In this document: piece by piece, positions 23,551 through 24,000 of the stretch | Layout: each line of letters starts with the position of its first letter | Numbering within the stretch: the stretch's first letter is position 1 | Assembly (NCBI GenBank): GCA_016211195.1 | Contig: JACQSS010000016.1 | Span: forward strand, 3,475-27,474 | DNA: 24,000 nt | Direction of reading: 5' to 3' | Source of the DNA: Candidatus Woesearchaeota archaeon | Lineage (GTDB): Archaea; Nanobdellota; Nanobdellia; Woesearchaeales; JAGVYF01 | Translations under genes and position numbers: made by a program | Notes under the pieces: generated by a model | What the model saw: only the letters and a program-made list of their open reading frames with translations | The model's database searches: none | What the model was told of the DNA's origin: nothing

Positions 23551-24000
23551 ATGCTTAAAGCTGATTTCCACATGCACAGCAGTGAGGACCCTCTGGACTG
23601 GCCAGCTGTGAAGCACACTTCATTTCAGCTCGTCGATGAAGCTGCGCGGCTTGGCTATGAAGTGATCTCACTCACGCTTCATGAGACGCTACACTGCCCG
23701 AAGGAACTGCAGGACTATGCAAAGCGTAAGGGTCTTCTCCTCATTCCCGGCATGGAAGCCACTGTCGAAGGGAAGCACGTCCTTGTGCTTAATCCGCCAG
23801 AGGGCACCTGTAATCCCTCTACCTTTGAAAAGGTGGAAAAAGTAAAGGCAGAAGGTGCGTTAATCATTGCCGCGCACCCTTACTACCTCAAGTCATACTG
23901 CTTGGGTGAAAAGCTCCGTGAACACATACATCTTTTTGATGCAATTGAGCATTGCCATTTCTATACCAATTACTTAAACAGAAACAAGCAAGCGCTTTCC
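23551..24000 (+). CDS. PHP-domain metal-dependent phosphoesterase (3' end lies outside the window)
   Basis: I translated it by hand and the frame is open to the window end. It begins MLKADFHMHSSEDP (the PHP DxHxHS motif), then has GMEA and AAHP further on. It is absent from the ORF track because no stop lies in the window. Confidence 0.7.
   Translation, partial: MLKADFHMHSSEDPLDWPAVKHTSFQLVDEAARLGYEVISLTLHETLHCPKELQDYAKRKGLLLIPGMEATVEGKHVLVLNPPEGTCNPSTFEKVEKVKAEGALIIAAHPYYLKSYCLGEKLREHIHLFDAIEHCHFYTNYLNRNKQALS

Overview
Archaeal chromosomal window. The evidence is class III signal-peptide pilin-like proteins, Elp3, ribosomal protein uL16/L10e, a TrmB regulator and BRE/TATA promoters. TATA boxes sit 21-24 nt before the first ATG of most first genes, so those genes look leaderless. 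Operon-internal genes instead carry GGTGATC or GAGGTG Shine-Dalgarno motifs or ATGA stop/start overlaps. The lineage looks like a compact-genome uncultivated archaeon (DPANN-like or similar), but I cannot prove this from the sequence alone. I support about 34 protein genes. They include a purine/MTA salvage operon (unknown small protein, then MTAP, then APRT), an adenosine-kinase-like PfkB kinase, a class I aminotransferase, an NRS/ER-type rhamnose-pathway epimerase/reductase, uL16, a family-4 UDG, Elp3, a GTPase/DUF2073-like/Zn-ribbon trio, a Ygr210-type OBG GTPase, a PHP protein and a four-gene pilin-like surface operon. There is also a tightly coupled five-gene operon of unknown function, divergent from trmB. 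By eye I found no rRNA, tRNA or CRISPR. The most unusual signal is three same-orientation copies of a 163-164 bp MITE with about 18-bp terminal inverted repeats (GGTCCCATTGAAAAGTTC) and 8-bp target-site duplications. Each copy ends 44-45 nt upstream of the ATG of a + strand gene, directly against its BRE/TATA promoter. One copy has replaced the last codons and the stop codon of trmB. All function calls rest on motif recognition from memory, and no database search was run.
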